Source: Octopus sinensis
Taxonomy: Eukaryota
NCBI RefSeq assembly: GCF_006345805.1
Contig: NW_021833650.1
Span: forward strand, 1-56,705
DNA length: 56,705 bases
Direction: 5' to 3'
Shown piece by piece: positions 1 through 13,664 of this stretch. Position 1 is the stretch's first letter, and each line of letters opens with the position of its first letter. The notes beneath the pieces were generated by a model. The model saw only the letters and a program-made list of their open reading frames with translations. It had not been told where the DNA came from and made no database searches. Position numbers and translations under genes: made by a program.

Positions 1-979
1 GCAAGGAGACGATCATCACAGAGGAAAGCAACAATATTATCATTCAACGCACAAAAGAGAAGCAAATTTCCCATGCATAACAGCAAATTGTAAGAAAATA
101 TGGTAAAATAGAAGCTAGAGTGTGTCTAATTTAATATTCATATGGAAAAAAAAAGCGATCTTGAAACTAACTGAAAATAACTGAAAACGGATGAAATAAT
201 AAAATCTGAACTTTTTCCTTCGTTACGCACGAGAAGCTGTATTTATCAAATTCCCAGTCACGGATAGATAGTAGAGTAATGGCGGATATTTTAAAACAAC
301 AACACGAGAATACTTTCTTTCATTCTGTGAGAAATTATATAATATGTTGTGTGACAATAGTGACGATATTTTCTGCTCTACGTCACGTGGGAACTTTAAG
401 GAGCCACTTACATTAATGTATAAGCAAATCCATAAATTTTTCTATATTTAAAGCACCAGAATCTAATGTCGATCCCAAATCACGCAAAGTGATTCTTCAA
501 ACCGTCCCTTTAAACATTAAGTATTTAAGCGGTTTTTAACGTACTATAAAATGGAATAACAGCTGAGGAATGGGATCGATCCATTTAATCATATTCTTGC
601 TCTGTTCCTTTTTCTTTTTCACTTTACAAAATGGTCTATCGTTGGACGATTCCAGTAGCATATTATTTTTCTGCGAGATAAATTTGTTAGCCCATTCTCA
701 ACACTTTATCATCTCTGAAGAAAGAGAATCTATGTGTAACCCACCACAAACTACCACAACACCTTTCTCATAGAGTTATTCCCCCAGGGCTGGGGATGTG
801 TTGAACGAGGATGTGATAAAGTTTTCTCATAGTAAATTCACAAAATGGCGGATTCTGTAACAGAGGAAGAAGGGAAGACAAATAGATAGATAGATAGATA
901 AATAAACAGATAGAGATATAGGGTAGGAAGGGGGAGAGCCAACGAAATGGAAAGGGGGAGATAATGGAGAGATGAGAAT

Positions 980-1135
980 TATTGAACCCAGTATGTGACT
1001 TTTAGTTTATTTATTGACTCGGAAAGGTTGAAAGGGGAAAAATGGCCATACCGAGTTTGAACTCAGAGTGTAGAGATCCGGGACAAATACTCCAACGTAC
1101 TATACCCAATGCTCTAGTGACTTTGCTAGTTGACC
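980..1135 (-). mobile_element. Degenerate SINE family A copy
   Basis: Remnants of family motifs (GAAAGGTTGAAAGG, TTTGAACTCAGA) on the minus strand. Confidence 0.55.
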
Positions 1136-2109
1136 TTATAATCTGAAGGTATTAAAGCGATACTCCTTTGATATTATACGTATTTTTGATATTATATTAT
1201 ATATATATATATATATATATGTTTGTGTGTGTGTGTGTCTTTGCAAATGCGCTATTTTTTCCACGAAGGCCATTCACTGGAAGTCAAAACAAGTTTAGTT
1301 TTTGCTGCAGCATTCTTTTGAAGATCTAAACGTTATTTTGCATTCCTTTCAAGCTCTTTTCTGTTTCTTTCATGTAATATGACACCTCAATCAACTAAAT
1401 CCTGTGCTCTTTAATCTCAATCCTGAGAATATGGCATGCTACAAAAGCTACATAGCTGTGGTGGCGAACGGTTATACGTGCGCTCATATATAAAACACGT
1501 ATTTATAAGGAAAAAAAGAAACTCATCAGTTAATACATATAAAATTTAAGAACACATGTACGGGGAGGCCTATTCCCCCACCCCAACATATGTATAACAT
1601 TCCTAGTGGTCAAGCGCCCATCACGGAGACAAAGACCCTCAAACACATACACACACGCACACACATGCATACATAAGCACATACGCACACACACTCACAC
1701 ACCTACGCAGGCACGCACGCACACACAGCCACACATACACGCACGCACATATATATGAAGGGCTTCTCTCAGTCTCCTATAACCAAATCCACTGACGAGA
1801 CTTTCGTTGGGCCGAAGTTACATAGAATAAACTTCTGAAACATGCATGATTACATATATCTGTATATCATTGTTATTATGCAAAACTGTCGTAAATAAAA
1901 GACATCTCTTTTTCAGGAAACGAAAAATAGTTTCACCATTCCATAGCAAAAACGTTCTACTACACTTTGACAAATTTTGATATCATGGCATCTGAAGTCG
2001 TTGGAGATATGTTAGTCTGACGAAAAGAACTGGCTATGTAAGCAAAAATAAATATTGAAAAAGCGCGTTTGGCCAACTTAGAACACTCGACAGTTTAACA
2101 TAAAAAAAC

Positions 2110-2151
<42 letters not shown>

Positions 2152-2320
2152 AGAGAGAGATAGATAGAAAGATATAGATATATGTTTAGAAGCAAATCTC
2201 AGTATATACAACGTATGTTGCAATTATCCATTTGATAAATATGTCAGTATGCAAATATAGGGGATAGTAGCTGGGAGAGAATGTGGGGGAGAAAGAAAAT
2301 TAGAACAAATTATAGTTAAA

Positions 2321-2707
2321 CTAGCAGTATCGCCCGGCGTTGCTCAGGTTTGTAAGGGAAATAACTATAAAGCATTTTTAGAGAGTTATAGCCAAAAAAT
2401 AGCAAAAAAATGGGAAAAAAATGATGGTAATTTTTTTTTGAGAGTTAAAAAAGGTGGAGTTGCGTCCCCTAGACGGTCTGTGGTTTGGGTTTCTGATTCT
2501 CGACCCCATGTCGAATTTATCGATTTTTTTCAGAACTGGGGGAACTTTTCAAAATTTTCGCTGCGTTAGTTTTGAATTATGACATTGGGCTATGTGTGTG
2601 TCAAGTTTCATCAGAATCGGTTGAAAGCCGTGGTCAGGGTGAGGGTACAAGCAAACAGACACACAGAAATACGCACAGACAAACTGCCGTTTATATATAG
2701 AGAGAGA
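2321..2707 (-). mobile_element. Non-autonomous Helitron-like element
   Basis: On the minus strand it starts A|TC plus TATATAAA and microsatellite-like repeats, and ends in a GC-rich subterminal motif (CCTGAGCAACGCCGGG) followed by CTAG|T, as expected for Helitron termini and an AT target. Confidence 0.75.
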
Positions 2708-3176
2708 TGAAAGCTGCAATTGTAGCCTGCTTTATCTAATGAATTTTAATTCTCGAAACTTTTTCTTGATGTTTCTGACACAAATTTCGCTGTAAAACAC
2801 AAATGAGTGTTGATGGAAAGTAAAAGTTATATTGAATATAAATGATCAGAACGGATAGATGGGTGGTATGATGAAAAAGATGAGAATTGGAAAATGATAG
2901 TATTTGTAAGAAAACAAAACATAAAAGTTTTATTGGGATTGTACGTGTATTGAATATCTATATTTCCGCAATTAGATCGTGTAATCGTTGTTCTGATACA
3001 CGGCTTCTCATACACTTCCATTTTTATCAATATATAACTAACTCTTTGTTGTATGTGTCTCATATATATACATATATATAACTACGTACATACACACATA
3101 TACATATATACATACATATGCGTGTATGCATAAATGTGACAGAGAGTAAAAGAGGGACAGAAAAAAACGCAGAAAA

Positions 3177-3251
<75 letters not shown>

Positions 3252-3392
3252 TGATATGTAGTATGTATATAGATATATATTATATATAATATATTAACGT
3301 ATATGTATATATATATATATTATATGTATGCATGTAGATATATATGATATATATTTATATATTTATATAGTATATATATATATTTATATATG

Positions 3393-3445
<53 letters not shown>

Positions 3446-3536
3446 TATATATTATATATATATATATATCATCCACGGATAGATAGAAAGATAGGTAGAT
3501 AGCTAGATAGGTAGACAGACAGACAGATAGATAGAT

Positions 3537-3599
<63 letters not shown>

Positions 3600-4298
3600 G
3601 AGAAAGAGAGAGAGAGAGAAAGGGAAGCTGTATAGAGAATAATAAAAGGAATGAGACAGAAAAGAAGACGAGAAAAAAAAAAGGAAGGAAAATAAGTGGG
3701 TGAAAGATGCAAAGAAAGTTTTACGTTATATTACTGTGAATCAAATTACTGAAATATTACTATGTGATTAGATTCTTACCTAATGCATAATTGTCTGACA
3801 GTTTCCTATTACATCTCTCTGTTTTCTATTACTAAAATTCCATTTGAATATTTAGCATTTCCTTTCGTGTGAAATATCTGGCGTTAACGTTAATTTTCTG
3901 TCTACTTTATTTTCGATTTATTATCGTTTTTACTATTATTACTACTATTGTTTTTTCATCCCGGTTTGTGTTTTTTTTCATATTCACAATCTGATACTGC
4001 GCTTATGTGAAGCGTTTCACTGTGTAGCCTTAGTTCATGTAATACTAGGTAGCGTCATAAACTGAATCCGATATCGGATGTTCTTCATGTCGGAACATGT
4101 CAAAATTCCTTTTGTTTGAACAACAGATAGATACTTCATCATTTCATTGCTGACATTTTGAAGGAAATTATATACTTTACACAGCGCCAACGTATATAAA
4201 TATTCATATACATACACACACATACATACATAGATATGTACGTATGTATGTATGTATGTATATATATATACATATATATATATAATTATATATATAAA

Positions 4299-4359
<61 letters not shown>

Positions 4360-5002
4360 TGTGTGTGTGGTGTGTGTGAGCACGCGCGCTCAGAAGCATA
4401 CAGTACACACACATACCTAGGTGTGCATGCATATATATGTGAGTGTAATATATATTATTAATATATAGATTTATTTACGTACAATCAAACATAAATATAC
4501 ATTTATAATTAGAAAATAAGTGTATGTGTGTGTGTGTGTGTGTGTGTGCATAGATAAATATACACTTACGTACATAGGTAGATATACGCATATATAGGGA
4601 AATACTTAAATGCAGATATGCATACATGCATTTTTATACACTGTTTCATTACTCTTATAAAATCAACCAAGTTTATCCAGCGGAGATAAATTGTTTGTCA
4701 TGTAGAAATGTTAGTTTAAAAGTACTTTGATTCTGGATACATTGAAAGTATAAGGTCGTTTGTGTTTAATTTAGTGTGCTGCTGCAGGGACAGTGTGCAG
4801 AACAAATGATTCTCTTCTGTAACTCCTTGGTTTACACAATGCCTCTTGTACAACTGGTGATGTCATACTTCGTCTTGAGGTCCATCATTTTGATGGGATT
4901 TTGAAAATTTCTGGCTATGACGTCATGTCGCTCATTGACATAATATTTATGGAGGAGCTTTTCATTCATGTGTTTCTGACGAGGTTGCAGCTGCAGGTGT
5001 TG

Positions 5003-5222
5003 AAGGCAGTGAGCTGGCAGAAACGTTAGCACGCCGGGCGAAATGCTTAGCAGTATTTCGTCTGCCGCTACTTTCCGAGTCGACTTTGCCTTTCATCCTT
5101 TCGGAGGTCTATTAAATAAGTACCAGTTACGCACTGGGGTCTATATAATCGACTTAATCCGTTAGTGTGTCCTTGTTAGTCCTCACTGTGTTTAGCACCT
5201 AGTGGGTAGTAAAGAAATAGGT
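5003..5222 (+). mobile_element. SINE family A (tail A) with internal deletion
   Basis: Head GAGCTGGCAGAAACGTTAGCACGCCGGGCGAAATGCTTAGC, core CTTTCATCCTTTCGG, tail ...AAAGAAATAGG; 11-bp TSD AGGTGTTGAAG at 4995-5005 and 5219-5229. Confidence 0.9.
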
Positions 5223-5406
5223 GTTGAAGTGATATGGTGTTCTATAATATTTGACATTTGTTGCAGACTCACGAGTTCGTTCATGCATGCAGGACGCATA
5301 TCCTGCAGAACTAAGTAGACAATATACAACAGTTTTATTCCTACACCTCCATTATTATTCATACTGTGCATAAGACGAACCCCTATGGAATGTTTTTTGC
5401 ATGTAT

Positions 5407-5521
5407 TTAATTCTTTATTGCCCACAAGAGGCTAAACATAGAGGGGACAAACAATGACGGACAAAGGAACTAAGTCGATTATATCGACCCCAGTGCGTAA
5501 CTGGTACTTATTTAATCGATG
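5407..5521 (-). mobile_element. SINE family A 3' fragment
   Basis: Reverse complement of tail A, tail-to-tail with the 5003 copy. Confidence 0.8.
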
Positions 5522-6631
5522 AACATATATAAGGATGAACATATAGCGACCATTCAGGTTCCACCTCACCATATCAACAACATATTTCAAGAGTAGCACC
5601 TTAGCTTCTTGATAGCATATTGCTTGAGTAATATCTTAACTCATCAACATCATATTGCTGGAATAAACCGTCGTACTGTTGCAAATCATTAAAATAATTA
5701 TTACGTACCATGAAGTAGCAGGCATAAAAATCTATGCGTGACGCTGATTTTGCTTTATAAATGTGTAAAATTCGAAATTGGTTTCTATAAAAACCGCATA
5801 CAAAATGTAGAATAAAAGCATCTCAATAAGTGTATGGTTCTATCATTATTGTCGTCCAAGAGCTTTACCATATTCCTGCTCACTTATAGTCAAAACAACA
5901 TTATACCAAGCTGGTTCGTTAAACCGACCAGACTATCCTTATTGTTGCCACTTATGTAAATCAATCACTTACTGATGGTCTAAATTGGAAGCAATTCAAT
6001 ATGCCTATTCAACATTTTTATATCATAATTTAAGTATAGATCATCAACTAGAGCCGCATTCTATAAAGTCTAACTGCGTCAGATGACCACAAAATTTTAT
6101 TGCAATTGTGCAGCTCCAACTTAATTAGTCGTTGCTGGAGTAACGTATTAAAAGAGTAATTATGACAAATGAGTTACATATTGACTGCGTAACTTAAACT
6201 AGGTAAACAACCATTTCGAAGAGCGATAATGAAAATGATACAAGAAAATTAATTCTATAAGTGTAGCTGGAGTAACTAAAAATTAACAAATATAACTCAT
6301 GGCGGATTTTGGATGAGAAAACACCGTGGACATTAAGAAATCAAAGGAACAACGGATTGAGTTCATTGACTTCAAGAAAGTAAAGAAGTAATTATATTAG
6401 CTTGAAGAAATGATTAATCTAGAATGTAATTCACACCTATGGGTGATGGTTTAATTCAAATTATTCATATGAAGTAATTCTAAGGTGTTGAATAAGAATA
6501 TGCATTATATTCTGAAACTTGTGTGACATAGGTAGATAGGTGTACACACACACACACACATACGTATGTATGTTTGTGTGTGTGTATGTGTGTATGCGTA
6601 TGTCCATGCGTACAAGTGTGGTTATGAGCGT

Positions 6632-6672
<41 letters not shown>

Positions 6673-6732
6673 TATATATATATATATATTTACATATATA
6701 TATATATATATATATATGTGCATATATATATA

Positions 6733-7158
6733 TAAATTAACAGAATGAGATAAAATCCAAGGCTGTGAAAGATGTCAGAACATTTATAATTAGAAGGACT
6801 TACGGCTGTTTCCGGGATATTTTATATATCCCTTCATCGGAGATGGTGTGAGATGATGGTTAAGCAATAGTTATTCTAGATAAGATTTGAAATAGTGAGT
6901 GAAGTGGAGGAATGAAAATAGACGTGAGGGTTGCAGGGATATTGTATCTGTAGTTCCAAAACAACATCCCTGCACATCTCCCATCTATTTTAATTCCTCC
7001 ACTTCACTCTTATCTAGAGTAACTATTGCTTAACCATCTTCTCACACCGTCTCGAGATTGAAGGTATATATAAAATATCCCGGAAAAAGCTGTAAAACCT
7101 TTTATTTATAAATGTTCTGAAATCTTTCACAGCCTTGGATTTTTATCTCATTCTGTTA

Positions 7159-7163
<5 letters not shown>
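6733..7163. mobile_element. Fold-back palindromic element in (TA)n with a hammerhead-like motif
   Basis: The two halves (about 6733-6945 and 6961-7163) are imperfect reverse complements. The left arm on the minus strand reads CCGATGA-A-GGGATAT-ATAAA-ATATCCC-G-GAAAC-AGCC-GTA. Confidence 0.85.
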
Positions 7164-7196
<33 letters not shown>

Positions 7197-7231
7197 CAAA
7201 GTGAAGTTGTAAGGTACCGCACGAGTAGAAT

Positions 7232-7462
7232 TATATGTGAAAGAAGGTTTGAAAATGCGATTTTAAAAGATCTTTATTTACTTGACCGGTTACATTTTTG
7301 TAGAAAAAGATTGTCAAAAGTAACATGTAAAAGCTTTGTTGTTTTAGGTAATGTTGTCACAAAATATTACAATACTATATGTATTGTAATAAAAAAAGTG
7401 AAGAAACCGTCAAGTAAGTAAACATCTTTTAAAATTGTATTTTCAAACCTTCTTTCACATAT

Positions 7463-7463
<1 letters not shown>
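7232..7463. mobile_element. MITE-like element with ~60-bp imperfect terminal inverted repeats
   Basis: TATATGTGAAAGAAGGTTTGAAAAT...CTTGACCGGTT (7232-7291) is inverted at 7405-7463; TA termini. Confidence 0.7.
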
Positions 7464-7505
<42 letters not shown>

Positions 7506-7508
7506 ATC

Positions 7509-7541
<33 letters not shown>

Positions 7542-8098
7542 TATATCATACTGATATATGACCTACGTTGCACTTCTCATTCGCATAACCACCGAACCTG
7601 GACCTTAACTATAGTCTGTCTATAGCACTTACTCAGCATTACCTGACACCCTTGGGTCTTATTGACAACATTATCTCTCATAACATAGATAGATAGATAG
7701 ACCTCAGCATAAATAATGTGATGCAATAGGAAAGAATTGTCTATGTATAAGCAAAGCATAATTAGTATAATCAATGAATTGGTATCAAAATGTATCCTCA
7801 GACGCTTTGTGCATAAAGGACTTCAGTGTTGTGAATTCGGTCTTTTTTCCTCTACGATGTTCTCGCTAATGAGTTGGGCTGAATCGACGGAACAAAGAAC
7901 TGTTCAAAGAGAAGAAGAGATACCCGTATTGATTTTGATTGATTTTGGATATATGAACAGATATATATATATATACATATATATATATACATACATATAT
8001 ATATATATTCACACACACACACATTCTTGGGAAAACTTTCCTGTGACAAATTATCTGTATATGTATACATGCACACACACATACTGTCATGTACTTAT

Positions 8099-8140
<42 letters not shown>

Positions 8141-8143
<3 letters not shown>

Positions 8144-8175
8144 GATAGATAGATAGAGAGAGAGATAGATAGATA

Positions 8176-8207
<32 letters not shown>

Positions 8208-8208
8208 G

Positions 8209-8264
<56 letters not shown>

Positions 8265-8306
8265 GAGATAGAGAGATAGATAGATAGTAGATAGATAGAT
8301 AGATAA

Positions 8307-8360
<54 letters not shown>

Positions 8361-8375
8361 GATAGATAGATAGAT

Positions 8376-8408
<33 letters not shown>

Positions 8409-8502
8409 TTAGATAGATAGATAGAGAGATAAATAGATAGATAAATAGATAGATAGATATAGATAGATAGATAGATAGTTAGATAGATAGATAGAGAGAT
8501 AA

Positions 8503-8536
<34 letters not shown>

Positions 8537-8582
8537 TGATAGTTAGATAGATAGATAGAGAGATAAATAAATAGATAGATAA

Positions 8583-8622
<40 letters not shown>

Positions 8623-8646
8623 TTAGATAGATAGATAGAGAGATAA

Positions 8647-8678
<32 letters not shown>

Positions 8679-8682
8679 TTAG

Positions 8683-8746
<64 letters not shown>

Positions 8747-8798
8747 ATAAATAGATAGATAAATAGATAGATAGATAGATAGATAGATAGTTAGATAG

Positions 8799-8829
<31 letters not shown>

Positions 8830-8833
8830 GATA
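8141..8833. repeat. (GATA)n array, ~690 bp
   Basis: Direct reading; recurrent GTTA/GAGA/AAATA variants. Confidence 0.95.
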
Positions 8834-9056
8834 TCTGTGTGAGTGTGTTTGTGTGCGTACCTACATACCTATACATATATACATACACATATGCATATGT
8901 ATATACATACATATATGCACACACACATACATACCTATACATATGCTTATATATCGTTCCTTGTGCGCAGCAGCTCATTCTTATGTGTTTAAAAGCTAGG
9001 GTGGATGTAAGTTGTATCCGTTTGCCTTTGTTCTTATATGTGAGAGTATACATATT

Positions 9057-9057
9057 C

Positions 9058-9120
<63 letters not shown>
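9057..9120. repeat. (GT)n microsatellite
   Basis: Direct reading. Confidence 0.95.
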
Positions 9121-9121
<1 letters not shown>

Positions 9122-10083
9122 TGATTCGGACAGTGTCTGCAACGTGCCATTTTACAGCGTCTACCACTAGAGTTGTATATCAAAGTCGTTCGCACTAATA
9201 CCAGTCGTCAGTTAAATGGCAGAAAGATCAAACCTGAAATTTGATTAATACCTTTGTGTCATTGTTGCATTTCTTTAACTTCAAAAATGACTCACCTTTG
9301 CAATCATCACTGAATAGACATTTATCTCTTCCATAGTATGAAACTGATTAACTAGGCCATCTATTTTAGCTGTGCGAGATATTGACTTGTTTTATGTGGG
9401 CGCAGAAAATGAGAAGTTACTTTTCTCACACGCAGTGTAATTCTGATCGGCTATCATATGTTGTCCAGTAAATAGAGATCAAATGCACAATGCTCCAGGC
9501 ATGTATATAGGATTTTTTCTTTAATCGATAAAAGAATTCAATTCCGTCCTAATGATCTAAATCATTTTTTTTCTCAATTCAGAAATAAACATGCAGATAC
9601 ACGTATGAATTTGACATAATGAAAGCAATATAATCGTACAGATGCATGCAGAGTTATGAATGTGTGAATGGCAGTCTTTATTGAAAAGTGAAGCTTGGGT
9701 TATTAGAGGTAAATCAAATGTTTTGTAGTAGACACTCCCTGAAGAAATTCTCTATCGCGGAAGTTAAAATTAGTCGCATTATATCTAATCTCTCAACGGA
9801 ATTTCTATATAAAGGAAACAGAAATAGTTCTAATATTGAAATCTTCTCATTATTTGATAATTACTTCAGTTTAAAGCTTGTATATTTTTATTCAAATTAA
9901 TAGGAATAGTTTGTTGGGAAAATAGCTACAAGCGATTGCTCGATTCCATTGGGCAATTTAGTGAACATACAATATTTTATGTCTCAAACTGTGTAACAAC
10001 AAATAAACAAAAGTAGCTTTAACTAAAGTAGCAATTTACGTGGCAATATAGATTCTAAATGAAAGATTATGTGTTGGTATTCA

Positions 10084-10605
10084 TCTAGTATATATAAATC
10101 ACAGTATGTATGTATGCAATGACTAACGGATACAGTTCCACAATTTTCAACCGATTTTCACCTAACTTTACACACACACTACTTATATCCCGAGGATGGT
10201 TAGGCACTATAACATTTTGCCCAGGTCTACCGCGTAAATAGACGTAAAGGGACATAGTTTTTGCATGTAGTGTCTTCCATACTTTTCTAATTTTTAAAAA
10301 TAAAAGTGAAAGGGTTTTGTCTATTTAATTATTCCCACTGTCCACCAGCGAAAGTGATTAAATTGACTAGAAACACTGAACGCATACATTTCCACAATTC
10401 TCAACAGATTTTCACCAAACTATACAAAGATGGTCATGCACCATATATTTTGCCAGAGCTCCCGCGTAAAAGGACATAAATGGACATAGTTTTTTGCTAT
10501 GAAGGGTCTTCCATACTTTTTAACTCTTATCATAAAAGTGAAAGGATTTTGTCTATTTATTTCGACTGTCCACCTGCGACGTTTATTAAATTGTCTAGGA
10601 ACACT
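10084..10605 (+). mobile_element. Helitron-like element with a diverged internal tandem duplication (~240-bp units)
   Basis: A|TC start, then TATATATAAA and (GTAT)n; shares TTCAACCGATT with the 2321 element; units at about 10125-10380 and 10381-10605 align with each other. Confidence 0.6.
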
Positions 10606-10689
10606 ATACAATACCAAATAATGCAGTGATATGGAGAAAGAAATGACGGACGAAAAATCCTTCATTAAAACAATAAAACACACACACAC

Positions 10690-10721
<32 letters not shown>

Positions 10722-10807
10722 CTGCATACATATGCACACGTGAGCACGCACAGAAAAGTACATGCACACACACACACACAAGCACAAGTACACACACGCT
10801 TGCACAT

Positions 10808-10845
<38 letters not shown>

Positions 10846-11202
10846 GCATACACACTGTACTATTAACATAATCCTCAGAGAGACGCATAGAATGTGTGAG
10901 ACCAAGCCGGTACACTTCTTTGCATGAAGGGCCGGTTTGATAGGCTTCTAAAGAACTGTTTTCTACTGAATTTCATTTACAAGTTATTTATCAACCCGAA
11001 AATGAATTAAATACTTTCGTCCATGCAACGGAATCGATCCCTGGACCCACTTATTCATGCCTGCAAGTACCTCCTCATTAACTCGACCATGCCTGAGGGG
11101 CTACACACATGCATACGGTTACATAGGTACTCACTCACACGCACTCTTACATGTATAGATGTACATGCGCCCATCGTAGTTGTTTCATATCTTCTCACTA
11201 GT

Positions 11203-11300
11203 AAGGCGGCGAGCTGGCAGAAACGTTAGCACGCCGAGCGGAATGCTTTACGTTGTGAGTTCAAATTCCGCCGAGGTCGACTTTGCTTTCATCCATTTGG
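11203..11300 (+). mobile_element. SINE family A 5' fragment
   Basis: AAGGCGGCGAGCTGGCAGAAACGTTAGCACGCCG...GAGGTCGACTTTGCTTTCATCC. Confidence 0.85.
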
Positions 11301-11879
11301 GGTCGATCTGGTCGGCTGGGCCACTCCACCAAAATTTCGAGCCAAGCCTAGACAAGAAAGAATGTTTTCTCATTCGTATTTTTTTTTTACCGTTTATTTT
11401 GGACAATATTGTTCTAAAATTATAATTTGACGTTTTCTGTTAGACACGGTCTCAATTTCAGGAAGTGAAAAGCTTTATTGTCTGCGTTATCCAAGTAATT
11501 CTTTTGTGTCTTTCACGAAATCTACTCTGCGATACTGTTTATCACAATATCGGCCCTGATTGAACAGACCTATGTCTAATATTTTCATCTGTTTCTAAGC
11601 ATAGCCAGTATTGGAACATATTATTTGATGACATTCCACTTTTGAAGATAATATATTAGACAAAATGGACTGCTATTTTTAATAATCTGAGCCTCTACAC
11701 AAAGGTTACCGCGTTTGCTCTTCTAGAGGAGGTGTGCTTATCATTTGGTGAGTTGAAAAGTATGTAAATTATAGTCATTGAAGGACTAAAAAAACGACTA
11801 CTGTATAAATTGTAATAAAAATCTCTTGAAATAAAGTGTACTTATAATTTGCTATCGTTTGAATAGCAAATTGGTTTTA

Positions 11880-12088
11880 ATTTTTGGGCACCAGGCCAGC
11901 AATTTCTGGGGAGGGGAATTCTATTGTATAGATCTCAGTGTTCAAGGGATTCTTATTGCAACGAGCCCGAACGGATAAATAACAGAGTTAATCTTGACGA
12001 AATTTGAACTCGGAACGTAAAGGCGGGTGAAATACTGTTACTCATTTTGCCCCGATGTGCTAACAATTCTGCAAGTTTGCTGTGTTAA
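11880..12088 (-). mobile_element. Old SINE family A copy (tail B)
   Basis: Degenerate head, core and CAAGGCC/GAAATT tail remnants on the minus strand. Confidence 0.6.
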
Positions 12089-12132
12089 TATTTAGGAGAA
12101 TGTATTAAAAAAAAAGGATATGTTTATCGTTC

Positions 12133-12350
12133 AGGGCTGCGAGTTGACAGGAACGTTAGCACATTGGACAAAATGGTTAACGTAATCTCGTCCGTTTTTA
12201 TGGTCGCAGTTCAATTACCGTTAAGGTTAACTTTGACTTTCATCCTTTCGGGTTCGATAAAATAAGCACCAATTGAGCACCGTGGTCGATTTAATCGACT
12301 TACCCTGTCTCCTAAAATTACTGGCCTCGTGCCATAATTTGAAACAAATA
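12133..12350 (+). mobile_element. Old SINE family A copy (tail B)
   Basis: GCGAGTTGACAGGAACGTTAGCAC...TTTCATCCTTTCGGGTTCGATAAAATAAGCACC... Confidence 0.75.
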
Positions 12351-13664
12351 TTTAATTATTTCTACTTTGATGTGAGTTCAATTCGTGTCTGAAACAATAT
12401 GTGCATCTCATTATTCTATGATGAATAGAATTCATACCAGCTACATATTAGTGTCTATTTATTGACTAAACCCATTTTGCATATATGTGGTTATGTGGCA
12501 GTATATGAGTTAATTACAAAATCTATAACGCAATCCCTTAGTGACTTTCTTGCATACATTGAAAATTAATCAAAATAAAGTGTTTCTCGAATTAACTTTT
12601 ACTCTGTTAGTTATTTAATTTCACTTATTCTCAATATTATCTTGTTTTCGAATTTTAGTCTCAAACAAGACTAAGTGGATTAGTGAATTGACAGAACTCT
12701 ATTCATTTGTAATGGGGTATAGTCGATTGATTCGACACCAAATTAATGCCTGTTTATTTACTGTGGAGAGATGAAAGGCAATGCCGACACCGACTTTGAA
12801 ATTAAAATGTAGAAATTGGTAAATCCGATATTGAATGTTCAATGAGATTAACGTGGTTGATATGTCTAAAATCATTCTCCGTCTTTTTCATATGTGTATG
12901 CATGTCTCTCCATCAAATCATGTGAATGGCTGTAAAAGCTATTAAAATTAATGCTTCCCAGTCATTTCTGAGTGTCTTTAAATCATAATGCCTCTGTGTT
13001 TATAATGACGTACTCAATATACTCCTGTAAATGCGATCATGCTGAAATAATTCAACGGTAAAGTATATTTCTGGAACGGATTACATTGTTAAAGCATCAG
13101 AATGCATTATGTTATTAAATTCTGTAAAACTGCCATGTTAAGTGCTATTACAATTTAACATATAATTTTCAGATAGAGTCTGTCAAACGTTACCGACAAA
13201 TAATAAGACAATTAAGAAAGTCTTGTTATACGTCGGTATATGAACATTTATATCTATCTCTAATGATTTATATAACACGCACCCGAGGATGTGACATTCT
13301 CATGACGAGATAAAAGAGTCTCTACATAGACTTGCTAGAAATGACAGCCAAATTTTTCTACCGTTTTAAGAAGGTCATGTTGAGTAACATGATTTGAGTG
13401 GTCTTAGCGGTTATTTGGGGCAGAAAAATTGACCAGATTTGCCCTTATTATGTTGTCAAGATCCCTCGTTGGCTTGAATTTATGTTTTTGAGATTGCGTC
13501 GAAGTAGCTTTGTAGTTGTTTCTGAAACAGAGACAGGGTAGTCATTGCAGGAGCTTCTTGAATCCCATGTAACCAGGACTAGCTATGAGCTGAGACTAAA
13601 CATTAAAGTTATCATAACAACAACAACAAGAACAACAATAATAATTATTATTATTATTATTATA

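Noticed and set aside
840-870. YY1-like AAAATGGCG with a short ATG frame as a promoter
   Set aside because: Single short motif, immediate stop, and no other promoter evidence.
4832-5032. 66-aa ORF
   Set aside because: Starts inside a SINE head; the remainder is not recognisable.
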